Positions 1 through 10,982 of a stretch of DNA of 64,000 nt are shown one piece after another. The notes beneath the pieces were generated by a model. That model was not told where the DNA came from. It did no database searches and worked only from the letters and a program-made list of their open reading frames with translations. The translations under genes and the position numbers were made by a program. Each line of letters begins with the position of its first letter. The first letter of the stretch is position 1. The stretch is from Clostridia bacterium (lineage in GTDB: Bacteria > Bacillota > Clostridia > RGIG6154), in contig JAZNOU010000002.1 in assembly GCA_045589295.1 (NCBI GenBank), positions 32,001 to 96,000 on the forward strand, written 5' to 3'.

Positions 1-1
1 C

Positions 2-112
2 GGCGAGCTATTTAAAAACACCGCCTGCGGAATTTTCGGCGCAGATATGAAAGTGTCGCTTGTAAATGACGGACCTTTTACCATAGTACTTGATAGTAAA
101 GAAATATTATAA
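2..112 (+). CDS. dtd: D-aminoacyl-tRNA deacylase, C-terminal fragment (truncated by window start)
   Basis: Frame 2 translates ...[27 protein letters not shown], the Dtd C-terminal FGA-M-V-L-NDGP motif. Confidence 0.9.
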   Translation, partial: GELFKNTACGIFGADMKVSLVNDGPFTIVLDSKEIL

Positions 113-142
113 AAGGCAGTGTAAAAAAATTTTTAAAAAGTA

Positions 143-171
143 TTGACAAACGGATATCCTTGTGGTAAAAT
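143..171 (+). promoter_or_regulatory. sigma-A promoter for the tRNA-Ser pair
   Basis: TTGACA(143-148)-17 bp-TAAAAT(166-171) with extended TG. Confidence 0.8.
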
Positions 172-184
172 AACATAGTGCTGT

Positions 185-271
185 GGAGAGGTGTCCGAGT
201 GGTTTAAGGAGCTGGTCTTGAAAACCAGTGACTCGTAAGGGCCGTGAGTTCGAATCTCACCCTCTCCGCCA
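185..271 (+). tRNA. tRNA-Ser(TGA)
   Basis: GGAGAGG...CTGGT-CT-TGA-AA-ACCAG, long variable arm, GTTCGAATC, ends CCTCTCCGCCA. Confidence 0.97.
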
Positions 272-297
272 CTTTTTTTTAACCAAATATTTTATTC

Positions 298-391
298 GGA
301 GAAATACCCAAGTCGGCCGAAGGGGGCGGTTTGCTAAACCGTTAGGTCGGGATTCCCCGGCGCGAGGGTTCGAATCCCTCTTTCTCCGCCA
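298..391 (+). tRNA. tRNA-Ser(GCT)
   Basis: GGAGAAA...GCGGT-TT-GCT-AA-ACCGT, long variable arm, GGTTCGAATCC, ends TTTCTCCGCCA. Confidence 0.97.
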
Positions 392-394
392 AAA

Positions 395-420
395 CAAAAG
401 ACACCTTTGGGTGTCTTTTG
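395..420. terminator. intrinsic terminator after the tRNA-Ser pair
   Basis: CAAAAGACACC-TTTG-GGTGTCTTTTG hairpin. Confidence 0.8.
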
Positions 421-515
421 TTGTTTTCAAATTAACTTGCTTTAAACCACCAATAGTTGACACGCAATTTTATGGATGATATAATTGAGGTGTAAATTAT
501 GAAAGGGGAATAAAT

Positions 516-776
516 ATGGAAGCGGGAAAAATGTGTCAGGTTACAGCGGTAGTGTTATTTATACTTGGCGTTGTAGCGTCAATAATTATTGCAATAGGCG
601 GAGAAAGTTTTTTAATTTTTTTATATGTTCTTGCAATAGATTTTGTAAGTTGTTTGCTTTTATACAGTATTGGAGAGATAATAGAACAGCTTTATATCGC
701 CAACACAAATATTTATGCAATACATAATGTTGTGTACAGCTTTATACAACAGAAAAAAGAAAAACAGGATAAATAG
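516..776 (+). CDS. small hypothetical membrane protein (2 TM)
   Basis: 86 aa with two hydrophobic stretches; RBS AAAGGGG; own TTGACA..TATAAT promoter at ~457-485. Confidence 0.7.
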   Translation: MEAGKMCQVTAVVLFILGVVASIIIAIGGESFLIFLYVLAIDFVSCLLLYSIGEIIEQLYIANTNIYAIHNVVYSFIQQKKEKQDK

Positions 777-783
777 ATAACAA

Positions 784-809
784 AAAAAGACACCAAAAGG
801 TGTCTTTTT
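784..809. terminator. bidirectional intrinsic terminator
   Basis: AAAAAGACACC-AAAA-GGTGTCTTTTT. Confidence 0.8.
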
Positions 810-812
810 ATT

Positions 813-888
813 TGGTGGGAACAATAGGGCTCGAACCTATGACCCTCTGCTTGTAAGGCAGATGCTCTCCCAGCTGAGCTATGCTCCC
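813..888 (-). tRNA. tRNA-Val(TAC)
   Basis: Reverse complement GGGAGCATAGCTCAGCTGGGAGAGCATCTGCCTTACAAGCAGA...GGTTCGAGCC...CCCACCA. Confidence 0.97.
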
Positions 889-891
889 ATA

Positions 892-968
892 TGGTAGCGG
901 CGAGTGGACTTGAACCACCGACCTAACGGGTATGAACCGTTTGCTCTAGCCAACTGAGCTACACCGCC
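892..968 (-). tRNA. tRNA-Met(CAT), elongator type
   Basis: Reverse complement GGCGGTGTAGCTCAGTTGGCTAGAGCAAACGGTTCATACCCGTT...GGTTCAAGTCC...CGCTACCA. Confidence 0.93.
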
Positions 969-993
969 ATATGTCTTTAAATCAGCAATCAAT

Positions 994-1022
994 ATTATAA
1001 CAAACAAAAATATATTTGTCAA
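994..1022 (-). promoter_or_regulatory. sigma-A promoter for tRNA-Met/Val
   Basis: Minus strand TTGACA(1022-1017)-17 bp-TATAAT(999-994). Confidence 0.8.
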
Positions 1023-1041
1023 TACTTTTTTGCTAAAAAAT

Positions 1042-1815
1042 TTATTTATAATCTATTCTTAATTGAGAATTATTTTCAAAAGGGCTGACAATATGATTGT
1101 TTGTCAAGATACCGCTTCCTGCAAATGATAGCCATGAATGGTCGCTAACAATAATCGAGTCAAGCAAAAACTTTCTGACATTTAGAAGAGCCTCTAACAA
1201 AAGGCGAGTGTTTTCAACATCAAATGGTGAAGGATTTGTTTCGCCAGATGGGTGGTTGTGACCTAAAACAACGTAATAAGCTTTATATAAAACGGCGGAT
1301 GCAACAATTTTTTCAACATAGATGCCTGTTGAGTCAACACCGCCTTCTGAAAGCATTTCATATTTGATAAGCTTTTTAGATTTGTCAAGATAGAGTGCAT
1401 AGGCAGTTTCATATTTGCTGCCGAGGCAAAGTGACTGAAAAAACTCGGCGAGTTCATTTATACTTTCAAAGCTGTGTTTGGGAGTAAGATTGTTCAAAAG
1501 ATAACGTTTGGTAACCGCTAGGTATGACGATAAGTGAAGTGCGGTAACCTTACCAATACCTTCTATTTGCATAAGTTCGTGAGGTGATGCCTCCAAAACT
1601 TTGTTTAATGAGCCAAATTTGTTTATAAGGCTGTGAGCGATTGGGTTGGTGTCAACCTGAGGTATGCTCTGAAATAAAATAAATTCCAAAAGCTGATGGT
1701 CGAGCAAAGAGTCAAACGAAGTATTTGACAAAAGTTTATCACGCACGCGGGTTCTGTGACCAACGTGAACATTTGATTTTGTTAGCTTGTTGTTTTTTGT
1801 ACTCAAACCTCTCAC
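1042..1815 (-). CDS. radC: RadC family protein (JAB/MPN domain)
   Basis: N-terminal GHR-R-R, HhH (IEGIGKV), JAB motif HNHPSG...PS..D. Confidence 0.9.
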   Translation of the reverse strand: MRGLSTKNNKLTKSNVHVGHRTRVRDKLLSNTSFDSLLDHQLLEFILFQSIPQVDTNPIAHSLINKFGSLNKVLEASPHELMQIEGIGKVTALHLSSYLAVTKRYLLNNLTPKHSFESINELAEFFQSLCLGSKYETAYALYLDKSKKLIKYEMLSEGGVDSTGIYVEKIVASAVLYKAYYVVLGHNHPSGETNPSPFDVENTRLLLEALLNVRKFLLDSIIVSDHSWLSFAGSGILTNNHIVSPFENNSQLRIDYK

Positions 1816-1864
1816 CTCTTTTACATGTTAGCATAACCTAAGCCGTATTTCAACACGGCTTAGG

Positions 1865-2098
1865 TTATAACAATTCTTCAAGTTTTAAGATAAACACACT
1901 CATTTTTATATCCAAAGCATTGCAAATCCTGTAAAGCGTTTCAAGTGTCGGCTTTCTCACACCGCGTTCAATGGCACTTAAATGACTTCTGTCAATATCA
2001 GCAAGTCCGCTTAAAACTTCCTGTGAAACACCTTTCTGCTTTCTAAAAAAAGCAACTGTTAATCCCACTTTTTCAGGGTCTAATGTAGCAATATACAT
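1865..2098 (-). CDS. XRE-family HTH regulator
   Basis: RKQKGVSQEVLS..ADIDRSHLSAIERG.RKPTLETL..IC.AL. Confidence 0.88.
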   Translation of the reverse strand: MYIATLDPEKVGLTVAFFRKQKGVSQEVLSGLADIDRSHLSAIERGVRKPTLETLYRICNALDIKMSVFILKLEELL

Positions 2099-2194
2099 AT
2101 TTTAACACCTCAAAAATAGTATATGCTATTTTGAAATACGTATTGATGGCATATGCACTCATTTGAATACATATGTATTTACATGGCATAAAAT

Positions 2195-2222
2195 AAAAAC
2201 CACACCGCAAGGTGTGGTTTTT
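2195..2222 (-). terminator. terminator of alaS-HIT
   Basis: AAAAACCACACC-GCAA-GGTGTGGTTTTT. Confidence 0.8.
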
Positions 2223-2224
2223 AA

Positions 2225-5216
<2,992 letters not shown>

Positions 5217-5383
5217 CGTTTCATCTCCATAATTACATACTTATAATAAATTATATCATCGTTTAGAACAAATGTCAAAATATTTTAAGTAAAGGTATTG
5301 ATTTTTTTTATGTTATAGTGTATACTGAATGACGTAGAATTTGCGTGTTTAAATTCATATCAATTATGCATCATTCGTTATAA

Positions 5384-5436
5384 GGCTCTATCGTCTAATG
5401 GTTAGGACTTTGGCCCCAAAAGGCTGGAATAGGGGT
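5384..5436 (+). pseudogene. degenerate 5' duplicate of tRNA-Glu, truncated at the T-stem
   Basis: Identical to the tRNA-Glu at 5588 except 11 nt of the anticodon arm; lacks the T-loop and 3' acceptor strand. Confidence 0.8.
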
Positions 5437-5569
5437 GTCCGCGTAGCGACCGCTGCCTGTGGCAGAAAAAGGGAGCACGCAAGGACTGTGCAGTAACACA
5501 ATGAATTGAGCCAAAGTTTGGCGAAAATGAATTGATGTTACAAACGGGTAGAATTCTGGATTCGAACCC
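5437..5569 (+). repeat. structured tRNA-associated element (three hairpins, tandem G.A motifs); possible MITE/REP-like element or ncRNA
   Basis: Hairpins at 5437-5486, 5493-5541 and 5546-5569; ends with GGATTCGAACCC, the reverse complement of the tRNA-Glu T-arm. Confidence 0.55.
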
Positions 5570-5587
5570 ATAAAAAATTAAATATAA

Positions 5588-5662
5588 GGCTCTATCGTCT
5601 AATGGTTAGGACACAGCCCTCTCAAGGCTGGAATAGGGGTTCGAATCCCCTTAGAGTCACCA
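5588..5662 (+). tRNA. tRNA-Glu(CTC)
   Basis: GGCTCTATCGTCTAATGGTTAGGACA-CAGCC-CT-CTC-AA-GGCTG-GAATAGGGGTTCGAATCCCCTTAGAGTCACCA. Confidence 0.96.
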
Positions 5663-5695
5663 AAAAAACAGATGCCAAACGGCATCTGTTTTTTT
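5662..5695. terminator. intrinsic terminator after tRNA-Glu
   Basis: AAAAAAACAGATGCC-AAAC-GGCATCTGTTTTTTT. Confidence 0.85.
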
Positions 5696-5858
5696 GACAG
5701 GGGGTATAATACTGAAGGGCATTTTGCGTAAAATAAAAGTTGCCGGATTAGTGTAATTTGCAAGAAAAAATTAGAGTGTACTTATTGCATTAGAGTTGAT
5801 TTTGTGGTAAAATAGTATATGATGGTGAAATTTCGAACAAATAAAAGGAGTGCAGGAT

Positions 5859-7544
5859 ATGTTGTCATCTCAGGAAGTTATGCAATTAATTCAGAGCCTT
5901 ATTTGGCTTCTTGCAGGTGTGGGAATTTTTATTGTTGGTATGAATTTTATGGGCGATGCTCTTGAAAAAAGTGCAGGTATAGGACTAAAACGATTGCTTG
6001 AAAAAATAAGTAACAATAGGCTTTCAGGTGTTGGTATTGGTGCAGGTGTTACAGCTATTATCCAAAGCTCGTCTGCAACATCGGTTATGGTTATCGGTCT
6101 TGTTAATGCAGGTGTTATGACACTTATGCAGGCAACACCAATTATTATGGGTGCAAATATAGGAACAACAATTACAGGTGTTTTAGTTGCTCTTAAAAAT
6201 GACTATTTTGATATGGCAATGTACCTTCTTGCTTTTGTGGGCGTAATGATGGGATTTGCTCAAAAGGAAAAGACAAAAATTGCAGGAAATCTTTGCTGTG
6301 GACTAGGTTTAATTTTTGTTGGACTTAATATTATGAGCAGCGAACAGGCATTTGGAAATCCCTTGGTTGAAAATATGTTTACTACTATTTTCAGTTTCAT
6401 CAATTTTCCACTGCTTTTAATTTTAGTTGGTGTAATTTTTACTGCTTTGATACAGAGTTCTTCGGCAGCTACGGGTGTTGTTATCACTATGGTTGGTTCG
6501 GGAATTCTTCCTTTGGATCTTGCATTGTTCATAGTGCTTGGTGCCAACATTGGTACATGTGTAACAGCACTTCTTGCATCGGTTGGTGCAAATGCAAATT
6601 CAAAAAGAGTTGCCCTCATACACTTTACATTCAACGTAATCGGTACAGCGGCGTTTGCGGCAATAATTTGGATTTTCAGAGAGCCAGTAGTAAACTTATT
6701 GGTATCTGCATTCCCTGGAGATGATGCAATGTCATTACAGATGAGAGTTTCATTGTTCCATGTTATCTTCAATGTAACAACAACCTGTCTGTTGCTTCCG
6801 TTTGTAAAGCAGCTTGTTGATTATTCTTGCAGTGTTATTAAGGATAAAAAAGATGAAAGCGAGTCATTGACCTTAAGATATGTTGATGACAGACTTTTGT
6901 TAACACCAGCTGTTGCGCTTATGCAGGTTAAGAAAGAAGTTGAATATATGATTTCCTTGGTAGAAGAAAATACACGACTTTCTTTTAAAGCGATGGATAC
7001 AGGAACTTTAGAATATAATGATGTGATTTATAAAAATGAAAAAATAATTGACTTTACAAACAGTGCTTTAACTGAATTTTTGATTGATTTATCAGCGCAT
7101 GTAGAAGGCAGTGATGAAAAAATTATTGGTTCATATTTTCACGTTTTGAATGACCTTGAGCGTATTGGTGATCACGCTGAAAACTTCCACGAAATAGGTA
7201 TTGAAATGATGAATAAAAATATTGCATTTTCAGGTCAGGCTATTGAAGGCATTAAGACAATGCGTGACAGTGTTATGAAAATGTTTGAAATTTCAATAGA
7301 TACATTTGAAACACTGCACAAGGAAAGACTTAATGATTTGTCTGAATTAGAAGAAAGTGTGGACGAAATGAAGAAAGAATTCATTGCCGGTCACTTTACC
7401 AGACTTGCCGAGGGTAATTGCAGTGTTGAGGTAAGCCCTTACTATTCATCTGTAATAGTTGGCCTTGAAAGAATAGCGGACCATCTTGTAAATGTCGGAT
7501 ATAGTATTGTTAACCCTGTTGGTTCTCAAAAGGATAATAATTAA
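5859..7544 (+). CDS. Na+/Pi cotransporter family protein with PhoU-like C-terminus
   Basis: Two QSSS motifs with GANIGT repeats; C-terminal DLERIGDH and LERIADH; ATG 5859 follows AAGGAG. Confidence 0.93.
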   Translation: MLSSQEVMQLIQSLIWLLAGVGIFIVGMNFMGDALEKSAGIGLKRLLEKISNNRLSGVGIGAGVTAIIQSSSATSVMVIGLVNAGVMTLMQATPIIMGANIGTTITGVLVALKNDYFDMAMYLLAFVGVMMGFAQKEKTKIAGNLCCGLGLIFVGLNIMSSEQAFGNPLVENMFTTIFSFINFPLLLILVGVIFTALIQSSSAATGVVITMVGSGILPLDLALFIVLGANIGTCVTALLASVGANANSKRVALIHFTFNVIGTAAFAAIIWIFREPVVNLLVSAFPGDDAMSLQMRVSLFHVIFNVTTTCLLLPFVKQLVDYSCSVIKDKKDESESLTLRYVDDRLLLTPAVALMQVKKEVEYMISLVEENTRLSFKAMDTGTLEYNDVIYKNEKIIDFTNSALTEFLIDLSAHVEGSDEKIIGSYFHVLNDLERIGDHAENFHEIGIEMMNKNIAFSGQAIEGIKTMRDSVMKMFEISIDTFETLHKERLNDLSELEESVDEMKKEFIAGHFTRLAEGNCSVEVSPYYSSVIVGLERIADHLVNVGYSIVNPVGSQKDNN

Positions 7545-7575
7545 AAAGTGTTGACAAGGTACCTAAATTTTCAAT

Positions 7576-7608
7576 AAAAAACAGATGCCCAAAAGCATCT
7601 GTTTTTTT
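7576..7608. terminator. bidirectional terminator between the cotransporter and mtaB
   Basis: AAAAAACAGATGC-CCAAAA-GCATCTGTTTTTTT. Confidence 0.8.
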
Positions 7609-7609
7609 A

Positions 7610-8890
7610 CTACTCGTAAATTATATTTTCAGTAAGAGCAATATTTATAATTTTGTGAGCAATATCGTCATGCGATTTTACACGGACGGTTACATAATTG
7701 GGGGTATGTCCTTCATAAATGCCGTCTGCAACCTCTTGCTCAAACAAGACAGGGTATGTATTTCCAACGATTTTGCTCAAAAAGTCTTTCTTTGTTGCCG
7801 TGCCAACCTCAGACATTTTCTTAACTCTTTCATCTTTAACGGTTTTGTCAAGCTGACCTTCCATCAACGCAGCTTTTGTACCCTCTCTTATTGAGTAAGG
7901 AAAAACGTGTATGTGTGAAAAACCTATTGATTTTGCAAAATTAAGAGAAGTTGCAAATTCCTCTTCTGTTTCGCCAGGAAAGCCAACTATTATATCAGTT
8001 GTAATTCCTGCGTCGGGGAAAAATTTTCTAATAAGGTCAACAGCATTTTTATACTCTGTTACAGTATATCTTCTGTTCATTCTTTTTAAAACGCTGTCAC
8101 ATCCGCTTTGCAGCGACAAATGAAAGGACGGACAGAACTTGTTTGTATTTTTAACTCTTGTTAAAAAATCTTCAGTTATGACAGTCGGTTCTAGTGAGCC
8201 GAGTCTTATTCTTTCTATGCTTTCCTCTTTTGCTGCACGTTCAATTACGTTGACAAGTCCATAACCGTTTTTTAAATCCTTACCGAATGCGGCAACTTGA
8301 ATACCTGTTATAACAACCTCTTTAAATCCATTTTCACCAAGTTTTTTAAGCTCAGTTGAAATTTCTTCCATATTACGGCTTCTTACAGGACCTCTTACAT
8401 AAGGGATTATGCAGTATGAACAAAATCTGTCACACCCGTCCTCAATTTTAAGCATTGCACGGGTTTTGTTCTGATAGGTAGTAAGGGGCGTTTCTTCAAA
8501 TTCTCTGTGACCTTTCAAATCTTCTACCATAACTACCTGCTCGTTGCTATTTATAAAAAGCTCGACCGCCTGCACAACTTTGCCTTTCATTCCCGTGCCT
8601 AAAATAACATCAGCATCCTTAAAAACCATATTTTCTTTTATAAGATATTGTGCGTAGCATCCTGCCAACACAGTAACCGCGTCAGGGTTTTGGCGTTTCG
8701 CACGACGTACTGCCTGACGTGATTTTTTATCACCTGTGCCCGTAACAGTGCAGGAATTTATAACATAAACATCGCATATTTCATTGAAATCACAAATTTC
8801 ATAACCGCACTTTATAAAGCACTCGCACATGGCTTCTGTTTCGTACTGGTTAACTCTGCATCCCAATGTAAAAAAACCGACTTTTTTCAA
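7610..8890 (-). CDS. mtaB: tRNA t6A37 methylthiotransferase (radical SAM)
   Basis: TLGCRVNQYET, NSCTVT, GCDRFCSYC; likely TTG start at 8890 after AAAGGAG. Confidence 0.92.
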   Translation of the reverse strand: MKKVGFFTLGCRVNQYETEAMCECFIKCGYEICDFNEICDVYVINSCTVTGTGDKKSRQAVRRAKRQNPDAVTVLAGCYAQYLIKENMVFKDADVILGTGMKGKVVQAVELFINSNEQVVMVEDLKGHREFEETPLTTYQNKTRAMLKIEDGCDRFCSYCIIPYVRGPVRSRNMEEISTELKKLGENGFKEVVITGIQVAAFGKDLKNGYGLVNVIERAAKEESIERIRLGSLEPTVITEDFLTRVKNTNKFCPSFHLSLQSGCDSVLKRMNRRYTVTEYKNAVDLIRKFFPDAGITTDIIVGFPGETEEEFATSLNFAKSIGFSHIHVFPYSIREGTKAALMEGQLDKTVKDERVKKMSEVGTATKKDFLSKIVGNTYPVLFEQEVADGIYEGHTPNYVTVRVKSHDDIAHKIINIALTENIIYE

Positions 8891-8985
8891 AATTTCAACT
8901 CCTTTATATGTAAAAAATTTCATAAAATAATTGACTATTTTTTCTTTTTGGTGTATGATATATACAAAAAGAGGAGGAATTACTT

Positions 8986-9216
8986 ATGAAAAACTTTAAT
9001 ATTATGCTTCATTCAATTAATGATGTAAAAACATTTGTAAACTCAGTTAATAAATATGATTTTGATGTTGACCTTACATCAGGCAGATATGTTGTTGATG
9101 CAAAATCAATTATGGGTATCTTTTCGCTAGATTTGTCAAAGCCAATCAAAGTAGAGGTTTACGCAGAAGAAGTAGGCGCATTTATGGATGAAATGAAACC
9201 TTTTATTGTTGACTAA
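8986..9216 (+). CDS. HPr-family phosphocarrier-like protein
   Basis: VDAKSIMGIFSL (Ser46 motif); RBS GAGGAGG. Confidence 0.88.
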   Translation: MKNFNIMLHSINDVKTFVNSVNKYDFDVDLTSGRYVVDAKSIMGIFSLDLSKPIKVEVYAEEVGAFMDEMKPFIVD

Positions 9217-9230
9217 CATAAAATTTTTGC

Positions 9231-9260
9231 AGAAGCCTTTAAAAAGGCTTCTTTTTTTTT
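9231..9260 (+). terminator. intrinsic terminator
   Basis: AGAAGCCTT-loop-AAGGCTTCT followed by a T run. Confidence 0.75.
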
Positions 9261-9354
9261 CACAAATATTTTACATATACAGTATAGCATAAAGTCACAA
9301 AATGTGCTATAATATAATTGAAAAATTTATTTATTTAAAATAAAGGAGATATAA

Positions 9355-9930
9355 ATGAAAAGTTTAGAGTTTTCTTTTGAAAATAAAAGTGACATAAAAC
9401 TTCTTATTATGTATGTTTTACTGCAGGCGAAAACTGTTGCAAAACAGGATTACTTAAACAAAAATTTCTTTTCTGATTTTATTATGGAAAGTGTTAAAAT
9501 AAGCTATTTTGATTTGCACGATACGATTTTCACTCTTGCTGAAGAGGGATATATTGTAATGTTCGTGAAAAATCATAAGGACGTTTTAGAAATTACTCAA
9601 AAGGGATTGGAAACGGTGGGCTACTTTTTTAAATACATTCCGCTTTCAATAAGGGACAGAATTGACGAGTGCATTTATGATAAAATATTAGAGCACAAGG
9701 AAGAAGAAGCTGTTGAGGTTGATTACTGGAAAGAAAATGAAAAGTGCTACACATCAACACTCAGAATTTTTGATGACGAACAAAAAGCAATGCAGTTTAC
9801 CATCTCATTTCCCGAGGCTGAACATGCCCAGAAACTAATGAAAATGTTTAAAAAAGAACCTCAGGAGTTTTACAAAAAATTTGTTGATATTTGTGCAGAT
9901 GCAATAGACAGGTGTGATAATGAAGAATAA
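9355..9930 (+). CDS. DUF4364-like winged-helix protein
   Basis: KLLIMYVL...YFDL....TL.E.G.I...ITQKG.ETV..F...IP.SIR..ID. Confidence 0.7.
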   Translation: MKSLEFSFENKSDIKLLIMYVLLQAKTVAKQDYLNKNFFSDFIMESVKISYFDLHDTIFTLAEEGYIVMFVKNHKDVLEITQKGLETVGYFFKYIPLSIRDRIDECIYDKILEHKEEEAVEVDYWKENEKCYTSTLRIFDDEQKAMQFTISFPEAEHAQKLMKMFKKEPQEFYKKFVDICADAIDRCDNEE

Positions 9931-10777
9931 AAAAACGCTGATTACGGTTGTCGTTTTATTCATTGTTGCTTTCATATATACAAACATTACAGATATTGCA
10001 AATAAAAATGAAAATTTTTCTGCAAAAGAAAACTTGTGCGTCAGCTTTTTGGATGTGGGGCAAGGTGATAGTTCGTTTATTGAGTTCCCAAATGGAAAAT
10101 GCATGTTGATTGATGCATCAATTAAAGATGCAGGTGAAAACATAGAAGAATATATAAAGTCCCGCGGGTTTAAAAAAATTGACTATGTTGTTGCAACCCA
10201 TCCGCATTCAGACCATATAGGTGGGATGAAATACATAGCAGAAAATTTTGAAATAGGTGAAGTTTATTTAACCGAAGCGGCTACGACCACCAAAATCTTT
10301 ATTGAATTTTTAGAAACAATCAAAGAAAAAGGGGTTGCAGTAAATAAAGCCAAAAAGGGTCAAAATTTTTCTCAAGATGACGTTTTGGTAGAATTCTTGG
10401 GGCCTGTGAGTGATACTTACGAAGATTTGAATAATTGGTCTGCAGTGGTTAAGGTTACATATAAAGATACGGCATTCCTATTTACGGGAGATGTTGAACG
10501 GTTGGCAGAATATGAACTTATAAATTCAGGTCAGTCTTTAAAGGCAGATGTGTTAAAAGTTGCCCATCACGGTTCGGACTCTTCATCTTCTAATAAGTTT
10601 TTAAAAGAGGTAACCCCTTCGGTTTGTGTTATTTCTTGCGGGAAAAACAATGACTATGGACATCCGCACAAAGAAACGCTTGACAGACTTAGAAGTGTTG
10701 GGACTGAAATTTACCGTACTGATTTAAACCAAACGGTTGTTATAACATCAGACGGGGTGGAGGTAAATGTATTATGA
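9914..10777 (+). CDS. secreted metallo-beta-lactamase fold hydrolase (ComEC/Rec2-like nuclease domain)
   Basis: FLDVGQGD, THPHSDHIGG, FTGD, KVAHHGS, NDYGHPH; N-terminal TM. Confidence 0.9.
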   Translation: MIMKNKKTLITVVVLFIVAFIYTNITDIANKNENFSAKENLCVSFLDVGQGDSSFIEFPNGKCMLIDASIKDAGENIEEYIKSRGFKKIDYVVATHPHSDHIGGMKYIAENFEIGEVYLTEAATTTKIFIEFLETIKEKGVAVNKAKKGQNFSQDDVLVEFLGPVSDTYEDLNNWSAVVKVTYKDTAFLFTGDVERLAEYELINSGQSLKADVLKVAHHGSDSSSSNKFLKEVTPSVCVISCGKNNDYGHPHKETLDRLRSVGTEIYRTDLNQTVVITSDGVEVNVL

Positions 10778-10977
10778 GTTTTATAATTGACCGTTTTGAG
10801 GGTGAATTTGCCGTTGTTGAAGCGTTTGGCAAAACATATAACATTCCCAAAGATCTTTTACCATCAGATGCTAAAGAGGGTAGCGTAATAGAAATATCAG
10901 TAAATGAGGCTGAAACAGACAAAAGGTTTAAAGAGGCAAAATCGTTATTAAAAAGTCTCTTTAATGAAACGGAGTGA
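10774..10977 (+). CDS. DUF3006 family protein
   Basis: IIDRFEGEFAVVE...LP.DAKEG; usual neighbour of the MBL hydrolase. Confidence 0.85.
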   Translation: MSFIIDRFEGEFAVVEAFGKTYNIPKDLLPSDAKEGSVIEISVNEAETDKRFKEAKSLLKSLFNETE

Positions 10978-10982
10978 ATTAA

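Noticed and set aside
228-479. ORFs 228..479 (+) and 257..463 (-)
   Set aside because: They overlap two complete tRNA-Ser genes and a terminator; shadow ORFs
5217-5300. T-box leader for alaS
   Set aside because: The gap to the apparent promoter is too short, and no T-box (AAnnnGGGTGGnACC) or terminator is visible
5384-5569. Intron-containing tRNA or functional tRNA-Leu(CAA)
   Set aside because: The insert is too short for a group I/II intron, no 3' acceptor strand follows it, and the anticodon stem is broken
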